This document shows, piece after piece, positions 16,171 to 24,555 of a stretch of 49,026 bases of DNA (position 1 is its first letter; each line of letters opens with the position of its first letter). Both the position numbers and the translations under genes were made by a program. The stretch lies in NCBI GenBank assembly GCA_964618905.1, contig CAZUDK010000004.1, positions 1 to 49,026 on the forward strand. Direction: 5' to 3'. The notes under the pieces were generated by a model. It ran no database searches. It saw only the letters and a program-made list of their open reading frames with translations, and was not told the origin of the DNA. Source of the DNA: an uncultured Candidatus Saccharibacteria bacterium (GTDB taxonomy: Bacteria; Patescibacteriota; Minisyncoccia; Phycocordibacterales; Zambryskibacteraceae).

Positions 16171-17196
16171 CTAGAGATTTTTCCTGATAAACTCTTCAGT
16201 AATTAGAGCTACTTGGCTTGCATTTTCCGCCTGCATCAGCTCGGAGCGAAGCTCTGCAGCTCCGTCAAAACCATTTACATAGGCTTTATAATGCTTCTTC
16301 ATTAAATGAAAGTTTTTGATATCTCCTAATAATTTTTCAAAGAGAAATGTGTGCTCAATCATCACCTCAAGTTTTTCCTTTAATGTTGGGGTCTTCTCCG
16401 AGAACAGCCATGGGTTGCCGAATATAGCCCTGCCAAGCATAACTCCGTCACATCCGGTTTGGCTGATCTTCTCTCTTGCATCCTCTAAATCTTTTACATC
16501 TCCATTGCCGAATATGAGCGACGAGCTGTTGCATTTATCACGTATTTCAACCGCCTTCTTTACAAATTCCCACTGAGCGGGAACCTTGGACATCTCTTTT
16601 TTTGTCCGTGCATGAATAGTAACTACCACAGGTTCTTCCTTAAGTATTTCCGGCAGCCAAGAATCAAGATTAGGAGAATTAAAGCCTGTGCGAGTCTTAA
16701 CAGAGACAGGCAGATCATCTCCTCCTTCCTTGGCAGCAGAGATCAGTTTCCTAGCAAGATCTGAATCCTTCATTAAAGCTGCACCTGCCCCCTGCTTATT
16801 TACATTCCTGTCCGGACAGCCCATATTTATATCTATTCCATCAAAGCCAAGTTCTTTTGCCAGCTTGCTTGCCTTAAAAAGATTATCAGGATTGGAAGTG
16901 AAGAGCTGTGCCACTATCGGCCTCTCCTCCTCTGAATATTCAAGATCTTTCAAGAGGCTCTTTCTCCCCCCGCCCGACCGATGGCCATTGGCCGTTCGGG
17001 CAGGCTCTTCCGGAGCCAGAGCTAAGCCGTCTGCCGAAACAAACTCTGTCCACATCACATCAGGCTTACCATACTTGGCGATGATCTGGCGAAAAGCCGC
17101 ATCCGTGACATCCGCCATCGGCGCTAATACAAAAATTCCTCCAGAGCTTTTTGAGTCGCTCTCTTGTTTAAGCTTCTCCCAAAATCCTTTATTCAT
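16171..17196 (-). CDS. dus: tRNA-dihydrouridine synthase
   Basis: VLAPMADVTDAAFRQ, IDINMGCP, SVKTRTG, TIHARTK, GNGDV... are Dus family motifs. Confidence 0.9.
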   Translation of the reverse strand: MNKGFWEKLKQESDSKSSGGIFVLAPMADVTDAAFRQIIAKYGKPDVMWTEFVSADGLALAPEEPARTANGHRSGGGRKSLLKDLEYSEEERPIVAQLFTSNPDNLFKASKLAKELGFDGIDINMGCPDRNVNKQGAGAALMKDSDLARKLISAAKEGGDDLPVSVKTRTGFNSPNLDSWLPEILKEEPVVVTIHARTKKEMSKVPAQWEFVKKAVEIRDKCNSSSLIFGNGDVKDLEDAREKISQTGCDGVMLGRAIFGNPWLFSEKTPTLKEKLEVMIEHTFLFEKLLGDIKNFHLMKKHYKAYVNGFDGAAELRSELMQAENASQVALITEEFIRKNL

Positions 17197-17201
17197 TATA
17201 T

Positions 17202-18035
17202 TTATTCTTCAACTGCCTGTTCTTGAAATTTATAGAATACCTTATTTTTAAAGCGTAAATCTATATATGAAATTTTCTCCAGAAAATCAGGCTGGGAAGC
17301 AATCTCCTTATCAGATAGAAATGCATTCAGGTTTTGCCACACAAGACTGGCTGGATCCTCTTTATTCCAAATAATCTCTCCAGAGCTGCTTAAGAACAAA
17401 TGGAATACTCCATCAGAGAGTTCAAGTCTTCGACCTTCGACTCCTAGATCTTCTACATTTTCTACGAAATTCGCCACTTCCATAAAATCCTTCTTAGGCA
17501 AAAAATATTGACCTAAAGGCTCACCAAAAATTCTATTTGAAGTGTATATGAAGTAAACTGCGCCGGAAAACAGCGGGGCCTCAGAAAAGATGAATCCTTC
17601 TTCATCTATAAAGAAGCAATTTTCTGCAGAGAGGTCGTCTACTGCCTGCTTGCAGTAAAGAGCATATGGTTTCCTCTCTTTTACCGAAACCTGAAGAGTA
17701 ACAGGGTTAAGAAGTTCTATATTCACATCCTGTATCCTTGGAATCTCAGAGAAAATATTTGCCGCAAGCGCTTGGCGAGGAAAGATTGCCGCATTAGCTT
17801 TAGGAAATAGCCAGAAATATTTTCCTGCCAAGTCTTCTTGGACAATCTGCTTCAATTTATCGTCAGTTGTAACACTATTGCCTACTATTTGAATATCAGA
17901 GATTATGAATCGCTTCATATGCGATACAAATACAACAGCTAGAAAGAGCACCAAAACCAGCACCAATGAAATAATCATAATTTTTCGCCTCTTCTTTTGC
18001 CGCTTGAGACGGAATTCTGGTGAATGGATAGCCAT
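17202..18035 (-). CDS. FtsQ/DivIB-like cell division protein (POTRA)
   Basis: N-terminal basic tail plus a TM helix, then ISDIQIVGNSVTTDDKLKQIV (FtsQ-type POTRA). Confidence 0.65.
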   Translation of the reverse strand: MAIHSPEFRLKRQKKRRKIMIISLVLVLVLFLAVVFVSHMKRFIISDIQIVGNSVTTDDKLKQIVQEDLAGKYFWLFPKANAAIFPRQALAANIFSEIPRIQDVNIELLNPVTLQVSVKERKPYALYCKQAVDDLSAENCFFIDEEGFIFSEAPLFSGAVYFIYTSNRIFGEPLGQYFLPKKDFMEVANFVENVEDLGVEGRRLELSDGVFHLFLSSSGEIIWNKEDPASLVWQNLNAFLSDKEIASQPDFLEKISYIDLRFKNKVFYKFQEQAVEE

Positions 18036-18050
18036 TTAAACTTCTAAGTA

Positions 18051-19322
18051 TTAGCTCTCGGGTGTCAGGGTGTCCTTGCCGTCCATGAACGGCACGAGCA
18101 CTGGAGGAATTTTGACGCTTCCATCAGCTTGTTGGAAATTTTCTACCAAAGATACAAGAATGCGCGGAGTTGGCACCGCTGTAGCATTAAGTGAATGGAC
18201 ATATCTTAACTTACCCTCATCATCTTTGTACCTGATGTTCAAACGACGGCTCTGGAAATCATGGAAATAAGAAGCAGAAGATATTTCTCTGTACTTCTCC
18301 TCCTTTGGAACCCAGAGTTCTATGTCATATTTTTTCACCTGACCGAGACCTAGATCGCCACCGCAGTTTATGACCGTATGATACGGTATACCTAAAGCTT
18401 CTATGAACTCTTCGGTATTTCTATTTAATTCTTCATGGAAGCTAACTGATTTCTCATGGCTTGCTTCGCAGAGTACGAGCTGCTCGAATTTATAGAATTC
18501 ATTCACTCGTATAAGCCCGCTTGTATCCTTGCCATGCGCTCCTGCTTCCCTCCTATAGCATGGAGAAAATCCTAAATATCTTTTAGGAAGATCTTCTTTA
18601 TTTATAACTTCCCCTTCATGCATACCCATAAGCGGAACCTCGGCAGTACCTATAAGAACATCACCGTCTACAGTCTCGTAAAAGTCTTCAACATCTCCGG
18701 GAAGATGAGCTGTGCCATACAGATATCGTTTGCGAACTATGGTCGGAGGCATCACTGGCAAAAAATCTTTTGAACCAAAGAACTTTAAGGCAAAATTCCA
18801 GATAGCAAAACAGAGTCTTACGCCGTCGCCGGTAAGATAATAACCTCTGAATCCATGCACTTTTGCCCCCCTCTCGAAATCAACCATGCCCAGCTTGGTC
18901 AAAAGCTCCATATGATCCTTGGCTTCAAAATCGAAATTCGGCTTTTCTCCCCAAGTCTTTAATTCAAGATTATTTTCATCACTAACACCTTCCGGCACTG
19001 AAGGATCTGGAATATTCGGTACCTGCAGCATCAGAGTCTGCCACTCTTTCATTACTTCTTTCAGCTTTTCCTCTTCTTCGCCAAGTTCTTCTTTCAGATA
19101 GCGCATCTTCTCCAAGATCTGACCTTTTTGATCGCCTATAGCTTTCACGATTTCAAGATTAGCTGCATTCTGAGCAGTCCTCTTCTCCTCTACTTTCGCA
19201 AGAAGTTTCTTCCTCTCTTCATCTACTTCTAAAAGTTTGTCCACATCAAAATCAACGTGCTTTTTCTTAGCCGCGCCGGCCACAAGATCTTTGTTTTCTC
19301 TGATGAATTTTATATCGAGCAT
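18051..19322 (-). CDS. serS: seryl-tRNA synthetase
   Basis: MLDIKFIRENKDLV..., a coiled-coil arm, and class II motifs (FSPCYRREAG, GLGQ..., SLNATA). Confidence 0.95.
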   Translation of the reverse strand: MLDIKFIRENKDLVAGAAKKKHVDFDVDKLLEVDEERKKLLAKVEEKRTAQNAANLEIVKAIGDQKGQILEKMRYLKEELGEEEEKLKEVMKEWQTLMLQVPNIPDPSVPEGVSDENNLELKTWGEKPNFDFEAKDHMELLTKLGMVDFERGAKVHGFRGYYLTGDGVRLCFAIWNFALKFFGSKDFLPVMPPTIVRKRYLYGTAHLPGDVEDFYETVDGDVLIGTAEVPLMGMHEGEVINKEDLPKRYLGFSPCYRREAGAHGKDTSGLIRVNEFYKFEQLVLCEASHEKSVSFHEELNRNTEEFIEALGIPYHTVINCGGDLGLGQVKKYDIELWVPKEEKYREISSASYFHDFQSRRLNIRYKDDEGKLRYVHSLNATAVPTPRILVSLVENFQQADGSVKIPPVLVPFMDGKDTLTPES

Positions 19323-19359
19323 ATATATTTAGATCAATCAACTGTACAATAATAACACA

Positions 19360-20214
19360 ATGATTCGCTCTCTTCTTCCCCAAGAATTTCCTGAACTTCT
19401 CAATGAAATTCCGGACAAACCTGCCCAGCTCCGGCTCTGGGGAGAGTTGCCGAAAGAAGGCAACAAACTCCTGGCGGTTGTCGGCTCCCGCAAATACAGC
19501 TCATACGGACGCGAAGTCTGCGAGTCTTTAATATACGGACTCTCTGACCTGCCTATAACTATAGTATCCGGCTTGGCTCTCGGTATTGACTCAATAGCGC
19601 ACAGAGCGGCTCTTTCTGCCGGCCTGCAGACTATAGCAGTGCCAGGTTCAGGACTAGACGCTTCAGTATTATATCCTCGCTCGCATGTTAATCTGGCTAA
19701 AGAAATAATAGAATCTGGCGGCGGACTTATTTCCGAATACGACGATCACCAGCAAGCTGCACCATGGTCTTTCCCGCAAAGAAACAGGATCATGGCAGGC
19801 ATGAGTCATGCAACAATAGTCATAGAAGCAGAAAGAAAGTCAGGGACTCTTATAACTTCCAGATTGGCGACAGAATATAACAGAGAAGTAGGAGCTGTGC
19901 CCGGGCCGGTAACATCGCCGACTTCTGACGGACCTCATATGCTGCTGCGGCTTGGTGCAGCCCTGATACGAGACTCTGAAGATATAGCAGAACTCTTAGG
20001 GCTTGCAAGCGGACAAAGCAAGCCATTAGTTGATTTAAAAGAGCTTGGAGACGAAGAAAAAACCTTTATAGAAATACTTGAAATTCCCTGCACGAAGGAT
20101 GAGCTGATTCGCAAAAGCAAGCTCGACACAAGCCGCGCCAGTGCCATACTTTCTCTTCTTGAAATCAAAGGTTTGATAGTTGAAGAACTTGGCGAAGTGA
20201 GAAAAACATTTTAA
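19360..20214 (+). CDS. dprA: DNA processing protein DprA
   Basis: AVVGSRKYSSYGREV, GLALGIDSIAHRAAL and RNRIMAG are DprA Rossmann-fold motifs. Confidence 0.9.
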   Translation: MIRSLLPQEFPELLNEIPDKPAQLRLWGELPKEGNKLLAVVGSRKYSSYGREVCESLIYGLSDLPITIVSGLALGIDSIAHRAALSAGLQTIAVPGSGLDASVLYPRSHVNLAKEIIESGGGLISEYDDHQQAAPWSFPQRNRIMAGMSHATIVIEAERKSGTLITSRLATEYNREVGAVPGPVTSPTSDGPHMLLRLGAALIRDSEDIAELLGLASGQSKPLVDLKELGDEEKTFIEILEIPCTKDELIRKSKLDTSRASAILSLLEIKGLIVEELGEVRKTF

Positions 20215-20380
20215 GCGGCTCTTTTCACATTATCCGCAGCAAAAATTTGCGGGAAAACTTTTTCTGTAGTACTAATGAATCCCGTTAGAGATCGCAAAGT
20301 TATGAATCATTATCAAAAGAGGTTAAACTACGACAATACCAAAAGCATTGTCTATCTCTAATGGGATGAATGCCAACGCC

Positions 20381-22561
20381 ATGACAAAACTTTTAATTGT
20401 AGAGTCGCCGTCAAAAGCGAAAACCATAGAGAAGTATCTCGGCAAAGACTTTCGCGTAGTCGCTTCTGTCGGGCATATAAGAGACTTGCCTAAATCAAAC
20501 AAGGCAGCTATCGACATAGCTGGTGGATTCGTGCCACATTATGAAATCTCCAAAGGTAAGGAAAAAGTCGTTTCAGAAATTAAGAAGCTTTCAAAGAAAG
20601 CTGACGAAGTAATACTGGCCACAGACCCTGACCGCGAAGGAGAGGCTATCGCCTGGCATATTAAAGAAGCTGTGGGGCTTAAAGACCCAAAGCGTATAGT
20701 CTTCCATGAGATCACAAAAGAGGCGGTTCAAGAAGCTCTTGAACATCCTCGCAAAATTGATAAAGACTTAAGGGAGGCGCAGGAAGCGCGCAGAGTACTC
20801 GACAGGCTTGTCGGTTACGATCTTTCCGGCCTTATCTGGAAAAAAGTTCGATACGGCCTTTCGGCAGGACGAGTACAATCCCCTGCTCTTAGAATCATTA
20901 TGGAGCGCGAGCGAGAGATCAGAGCTTTTGTTCCTGAGAAATTCTGGACTATCTCGGCCATTCTGCAAAACAAAGACAAAGAAAATCTTGAGTTCATCTG
21001 CTCTGAAGAACCGAAGGATGAAAAAGAAGTCGAGAGAATAATAAATAGCGGCAAGACTGGAGCGTGGAAAGTTACTGATATTAAAGAGACTCAGGTAGCG
21101 CGCGCTCCGCGCGCGCCCTTCATAACCTCCACCCTCCAGCAAGCGGCAAGCTCCAGGCTTGGCTTCTCGCCTTCCCGCACTATGGGTATTGCTCAGAAGC
21201 TCTATGAGGCAGGTCATATAACTTATATGAGAACCGACTCGACAAATCTCGGCAAACAAGCTCAGAGAGATATAGCTTCTCTTGTTAAAAATAAATACGG
21301 CGAGAATTACTTTGAATCTCGATCATTTACAAAAAAATCCAAGAATGCCCAGGAAGCACATGAAGCAATCCGCCCGACTAAAATGTCTTTGGAATCCGCC
21401 GGCGCTACAGAAGAACAGAAAAAACTTTACAGACTTATCTGGCAGAGAACTATTGCAAGCCAAATGAAATCTGCTCAAATAATGCGCACTAAGGTAACAG
21501 CCAACATAACTGGCTCAGGCGAACCTGTTCCTGACTTTTGGTTAAACGGCTCTCGCATTATATTCGACGGCTGGCTGAGATCTGACCCGCACGCCGCAAA
21601 AGAAGATGTGCTTCTCCCTGCTTTGGAAAAAGATGAATCCTTAAATCTGATTAATATAAATTCAGAAGAAAAAGAAACCACGCCTCCGGCAAGATATTCG
21701 GAAGCAGGTCTTGTTAAAGAGCTCGAGAAACGAGGCATCGGCCGGCCGTCCACTTACGCATCTATTATAAAAACTCTCGATGACAGAGGTTATGTAGAGA
21801 AAATAAACAAAGCTCTGCACCCTACTGACACCGGAGAAGTAGTAAGCTCATTTCTTGAAGAGCATTTTCCAAATTATATAAGCGACTCCTTCACCGCATA
21901 CATGGAAGACGAGCTCGATGACATAGCAGCCGGCGACCGCACTTATAAAAAGACTTTGACTGATTTCTATGAGCCGTTTATCAAAGATATTAAATCCAAA
22001 GAAAAGATAGAAAAGGCTACCAACCTCGGAGAAGCACCAGAGGATATTAAATGCCCGACCTGCGGCGGACCAATGATCATAAAACTCGGCAAAGGCGGAA
22101 AATTCCTTTCCTGCAAACGCTTCCCTGAGTGCCAAGGTGCAAGGACGATGGAAGGCAAGGAACTCGAAGGTCCAAAAGATACAGGAGAGCTTTGCCCGAA
22201 GTGCGGCAAAGCCAATCTGGTAACAAGAGAAGGCAAATTCGGATTTTTCACAGCATGCTCAAGATATCCTAAGTGCAAATATGTAAAGAAAGATGAAGAA
22301 CAAGAAAAAGCGAACTCTACAGGTATTCAGTGTCCGGTCTGCAAAGAAGGATACATGAGCGAGCGCCGCGGCAGATACGGAGTCTTCTACTCATGCTCGA
22401 ATTATCCGGACTGCAAATATGCCATCAAAGCCAAGCCTACAGGCAATATCTGCAAAATGTGCGGAAGTTTGATGATGGAAGGCACAAAAACGATACCGGA
22501 GAGGTGTAGCGATAAAGCATGCCCGAATCATCGGCCAGACAAACTTAACTCGGACAAATAG
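20381..22561 (+). CDS. topA: DNA topoisomerase I with C-terminal zinc-ribbon repeats
   Basis: Start set at MTKLLIVESPSKAKTIEKYLG (TOPRIM). ITYMRTDS is the active-site Tyr region. Four CPxCG...C..C zinc ribbons at the C-terminus. Confidence 0.95.
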   Translation: MTKLLIVESPSKAKTIEKYLGKDFRVVASVGHIRDLPKSNKAAIDIAGGFVPHYEISKGKEKVVSEIKKLSKKADEVILATDPDREGEAIAWHIKEAVGLKDPKRIVFHEITKEAVQEALEHPRKIDKDLREAQEARRVLDRLVGYDLSGLIWKKVRYGLSAGRVQSPALRIIMEREREIRAFVPEKFWTISAILQNKDKENLEFICSEEPKDEKEVERIINSGKTGAWKVTDIKETQVARAPRAPFITSTLQQAASSRLGFSPSRTMGIAQKLYEAGHITYMRTDSTNLGKQAQRDIASLVKNKYGENYFESRSFTKKSKNAQEAHEAIRPTKMSLESAGATEEQKKLYRLIWQRTIASQMKSAQIMRTKVTANITGSGEPVPDFWLNGSRIIFDGWLRSDPHAAKEDVLLPALEKDESLNLININSEEKETTPPARYSEAGLVKELEKRGIGRPSTYASIIKTLDDRGYVEKINKALHPTDTGEVVSSFLEEHFPNYISDSFTAYMEDELDDIAAGDRTYKKTLTDFYEPFIKDIKSKEKIEKATNLGEAPEDIKCPTCGGPMIIKLGKGGKFLSCKRFPECQGARTMEGKELEGPKDTGELCPKCGKANLVTREGKFGFFTACSRYPKCKYVKKDEEQEKANSTGIQCPVCKEGYMSERRGRYGVFYSCSNYPDCKYAIKAKPTGNICKMCGSLMMEGTKTIPERCSDKACPNHRPDKLNSDK

Positions 22562-22580
22562 CCTGCAACTTCTTGCAGGC
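22561..22580 (+). terminator. hairpin after topA
   Basis: GCCTGCAA-CTTC-TTGCAGGC, followed within 10 nt by TTTTT. Confidence 0.5.
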
Positions 22581-22588
22581 GCAACTAG

Positions 22589-22677
22589 TTTTTGTGAGAC
22601 GAAAGCGATGTTTCGCCAGCAGACGAAACCGCGAGTCGGGGTCGCGGAAATTTCTGAGCGACGGCGAGGAAATTATC
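22589..22677 (+). ncRNA. candidate structured element, copy B (truncated, not next to a tRNA)
   Basis: GCGATG, then P2 GTTTCGCC-AGCA-GACGAAAC (22610-22629), then CGCGAGTCGGGG, then P3 GGTC GC GGAAATTTC-[14 nt]-GAAATT(A)TC. The 3' closing strand is replaced by the parB stop region. Confidence 0.45.
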
Positions 22678-23690
22678 TAAATAGAAAAATTCGCCACCGA
22701 GTAGAGGTCTTCGTCCTCTGGTTCATCTTCGGCCATAACCTTCTCTTCCTCCGTCAAAGGCTGAGCATTGCCTGCTATTTCATTAACATTCATTTCTGAT
22801 ATTTCTTTATCTACATCCACAAAGCCGCTGCCTCCTTCTTTCTCAGCTGCACCTGTAAGCTTGTCGAGAAGCGCACGCAGATCTTCCTTTGAGAAAAAGT
22901 CTATAGTAACCCTTCCGCCTCCCTCACCTTCACCCTGACCGGCTTTGGCAGATGTTTTTTCTATACGGACTCGCGTGCCAAGAGTTTCTTTGAACTTGTC
23001 TTCTATATCTATAAGTTCCGGGTCTATAAGCTTACGAGCTCTTTCAACTGCGATATGCCTGGCTATGTTTTCCGATTCCCTGACATTAAGCTTCTTGAAA
23101 ATTATTTCCTTGAAAAGTGTTTCCTGCTCTGAAGGTCTGTCTATGAGCATCATAAGAGGACGAGTATGGCCCTCTGTTATCTTGCCTTCCGCGAGAGCCT
23201 GAGTGATATAATCCGGCAGCGTTAAAATCCTCAAAGTATTGGTAACATATTCGCGGCTTTTGCCAACCTTTTTTCCTATTTCAGCATGCTTGAAACCAAA
23301 CTCCTTAACTAACTTATCAAAAGCTTTAGCTCTATCGACAGGATTCAGATCTTCGCGCTGAATGTTCTCGATGATAGCAAGCTCGAGCTTCATCAAATTG
23401 TTCTCTTCACCGGAACGGATAAGAACAGGAACCTGCTGGAGACCGGCAAGTTTAGAAGCCCTAAGTCTGCGCTCTCCGGCAATGAGTTCATACTCTGTGG
23501 CCAAGCCGCCTGCAGGAGTTTCAACCTCTTTGCGCGTTACTACAAGAGCCTGAAGAACACCGTACTGCCGTATGGAATCTGCTAGAGATTTTAGCTGAGC
23601 TTCGTCAAATTCCCTGCGAGGCTGAAACGGATTCGGTTTGATTTTATTGACCTCGATCCAGAATATTGAATCATTATAGAAATGCGACAT
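22677..23690 (-). CDS. parB: ParB/Spo0J chromosome partitioning protein with acidic C-terminal extension
   Basis: IEVNKIKPNPFQPRREF, GERRLRASKLAGL, HTH, and dimerisation region. About 60 extra acidic residues at the C-terminus. Confidence 0.9.
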   Translation of the reverse strand: MSHFYNDSIFWIEVNKIKPNPFQPRREFDEAQLKSLADSIRQYGVLQALVVTRKEVETPAGGLATEYELIAGERRLRASKLAGLQQVPVLIRSGEENNLMKLELAIIENIQREDLNPVDRAKAFDKLVKEFGFKHAEIGKKVGKSREYVTNTLRILTLPDYITQALAEGKITEGHTRPLMMLIDRPSEQETLFKEIIFKKLNVRESENIARHIAVERARKLIDPELIDIEDKFKETLGTRVRIEKTSAKAGQGEGEGGGRVTIDFFSKEDLRALLDKLTGAAEKEGGSGFVDVDKEISEMNVNEIAGNAQPLTEEEKVMAEDEPEDEDLYSVANFSI

Positions 23691-23738
23691 GGCTAGATTT
23701 TAACATCAAATTGATGTAGTTTGTAGTGGAAAGTATTT

Positions 23739-23821
23739 GCTGGAGTGATGGAATGGTAGACATGCAGCACTCAAAATGCTGTGGCCTCACGGCCGTGTGG
23801 GTTCAAGTCCCACCTCCAGCA
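23739..23821 (+). tRNA. tRNA-Leu (anticodon CAA)
   Basis: Acceptor GCTGGAG/CTCCAGC, anticodon loop CTCAAAA, long variable arm TGGCCTCACGGCCGTG, T arm GTGGG-TTCAAGT-CCCAC, discriminator A. CCA not encoded. Confidence 0.9.
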
Positions 23822-23824
23822 CAA
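23804..23824 (+). repeat. 21-nt direct repeat, left copy (in tRNA-Leu-CAA)
   Basis: CAAGTCCCACCTCCAGCACAA versus 23935-23955 CAAGTTCCACCTCCAGCACAA (20/21 identical). Confidence 0.9.
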
Positions 23825-23935
23825 GCGAAGCTTGTGGGTGGGCTTGAAAGGCGGAGCGATGTTTTGCTAGCAAGCAAAACCGCGAGCCGGGGTCGAGAAA
23901 ATTTGCGAGCGATGGCGAGCAAATTATTCGTGACC
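23822..23935 (+). ncRNA. candidate structured element, copy C (most compact complete copy)
   Basis: P1 CCCACC..CACAAGC-GAA-GCTTGTG-GGTGGG (uses the tRNA 3' end); GGCGGAGCG (23850-23858); P2 GTTTTGCT-AGCA-AGCAAAAC (23861-23880); CGCGAGCCGGGG; P3 GGTC GA GAAAATTTGC-[12 nt]-GCAAATT(A)TTC GT GACC (23891-23935). Confidence 0.55.
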
Positions 23936-23955
23936 AAGTTCCACCTCCAGCACAA
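23935..23955 (+). repeat. 21-nt direct repeat, right copy (tRNA-Leu 3' fragment)
   Basis: Begins at the same T-loop position (C56) as the Gln repeat. Directly follows GTGAC. Confidence 0.9.
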
Positions 23956-24047
23956 CATTGATTGACTTTAGTATGATAGTATGACATTGTTCAGATAGAC
24001 ACACGGTACTCACGCCTCCATTCAACGCACCTTCCACAGAGGACATC

Positions 24048-24455
24048 ATGAATCCTGAAAATTATCGAAGGAAGATGTGGGTTAGTCTGGCTGTGCTGGC
24101 CGGCTGTGTAGCTTTCACGATTTTGAATGTAATAGTCTTGTTGACGTATCCCCTCAGCCCCTCGCTCCACATCTTCGCCATACGAATCAACGGGACAGCG
24201 CTGGTGATTTTGGGCTTAGTGGCATTCTTTAATCTCGGAAAAGAGCCCCGAAGCGACCACCTGTTCGGCAACATGGTTCTCTTCTTTGCCTTGGCCACCA
24301 TCTCATACTTGAGTAACCTCAATGTTGTGATGGTGTGGATCGGCATGGTCACGAACTTTGCGATATTCATTTTACTGTCGTTCGAGGCGCTGCGACAGAC
24401 GATAGAGATACATCGAGAGAACAAGAAGAGAAAGAATCTTTCGATGTTGCTCTAA
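24048..24455 (+). CDS. hypothetical 4-TM membrane protein
   Basis: 135-aa hydrophobic ORF. AGAGGA lies 4 nt upstream of the ATG. Strong terminator downstream. Confidence 0.55.
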   Translation: MNPENYRRKMWVSLAVLAGCVAFTILNVIVLLTYPLSPSLHIFAIRINGTALVILGLVAFFNLGKEPRSDHLFGNMVLFFALATISYLSNLNVVMVWIGMVTNFAIFILLSFEALRQTIEIHRENKKRKNLSMLL

Positions 24456-24476
24456 AGAGTTCCGCGTCGAGAACTC

Positions 24477-24510
24477 AAGGGCGCTTCGCACACGCGAAGC
24501 GCCCTTTTCT
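24477..24510 (+). terminator. rho-independent terminator
   Basis: AAGGGCGCTTCGC-ACAC-GCGAAGCGCCCTT followed by TTCT. Confidence 0.8.
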
Positions 24511-24555
24511 AATACATATAACTTCCCAGCGAACTGTTATGTATAATTAACTTTA

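Noticed and set aside
16688-17251. 187-aa ORF on the plus strand
   Set aside because: It is antisense to dus and the ftsQ-like gene. It is a Ser/Pro/Leu-rich shadow ORF.
23822-23935. Known small self-cleaving ribozyme (hammerhead, twister, pistol, HDV-like) in the tRNA trailer element
   Set aside because: There is no CUGAUGA/GAAA hammerhead core. The conserved single-stranded blocks (GGCGGAGCG, CGCGAGCCGGGG, GTGAC) do not match the twister, pistol or HDV consensus as I remember them. This cannot be excluded without a covariance-model search.
23891-23935. Integron attC site (bulged hairpin with a variable loop)
   Set aside because: The geometry is superficially similar, with extrahelical bases and a variable loop. 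But the R''/R' core sites (RYYYAAC...GTTRRRY) are absent, and there is no intI or cassette array.
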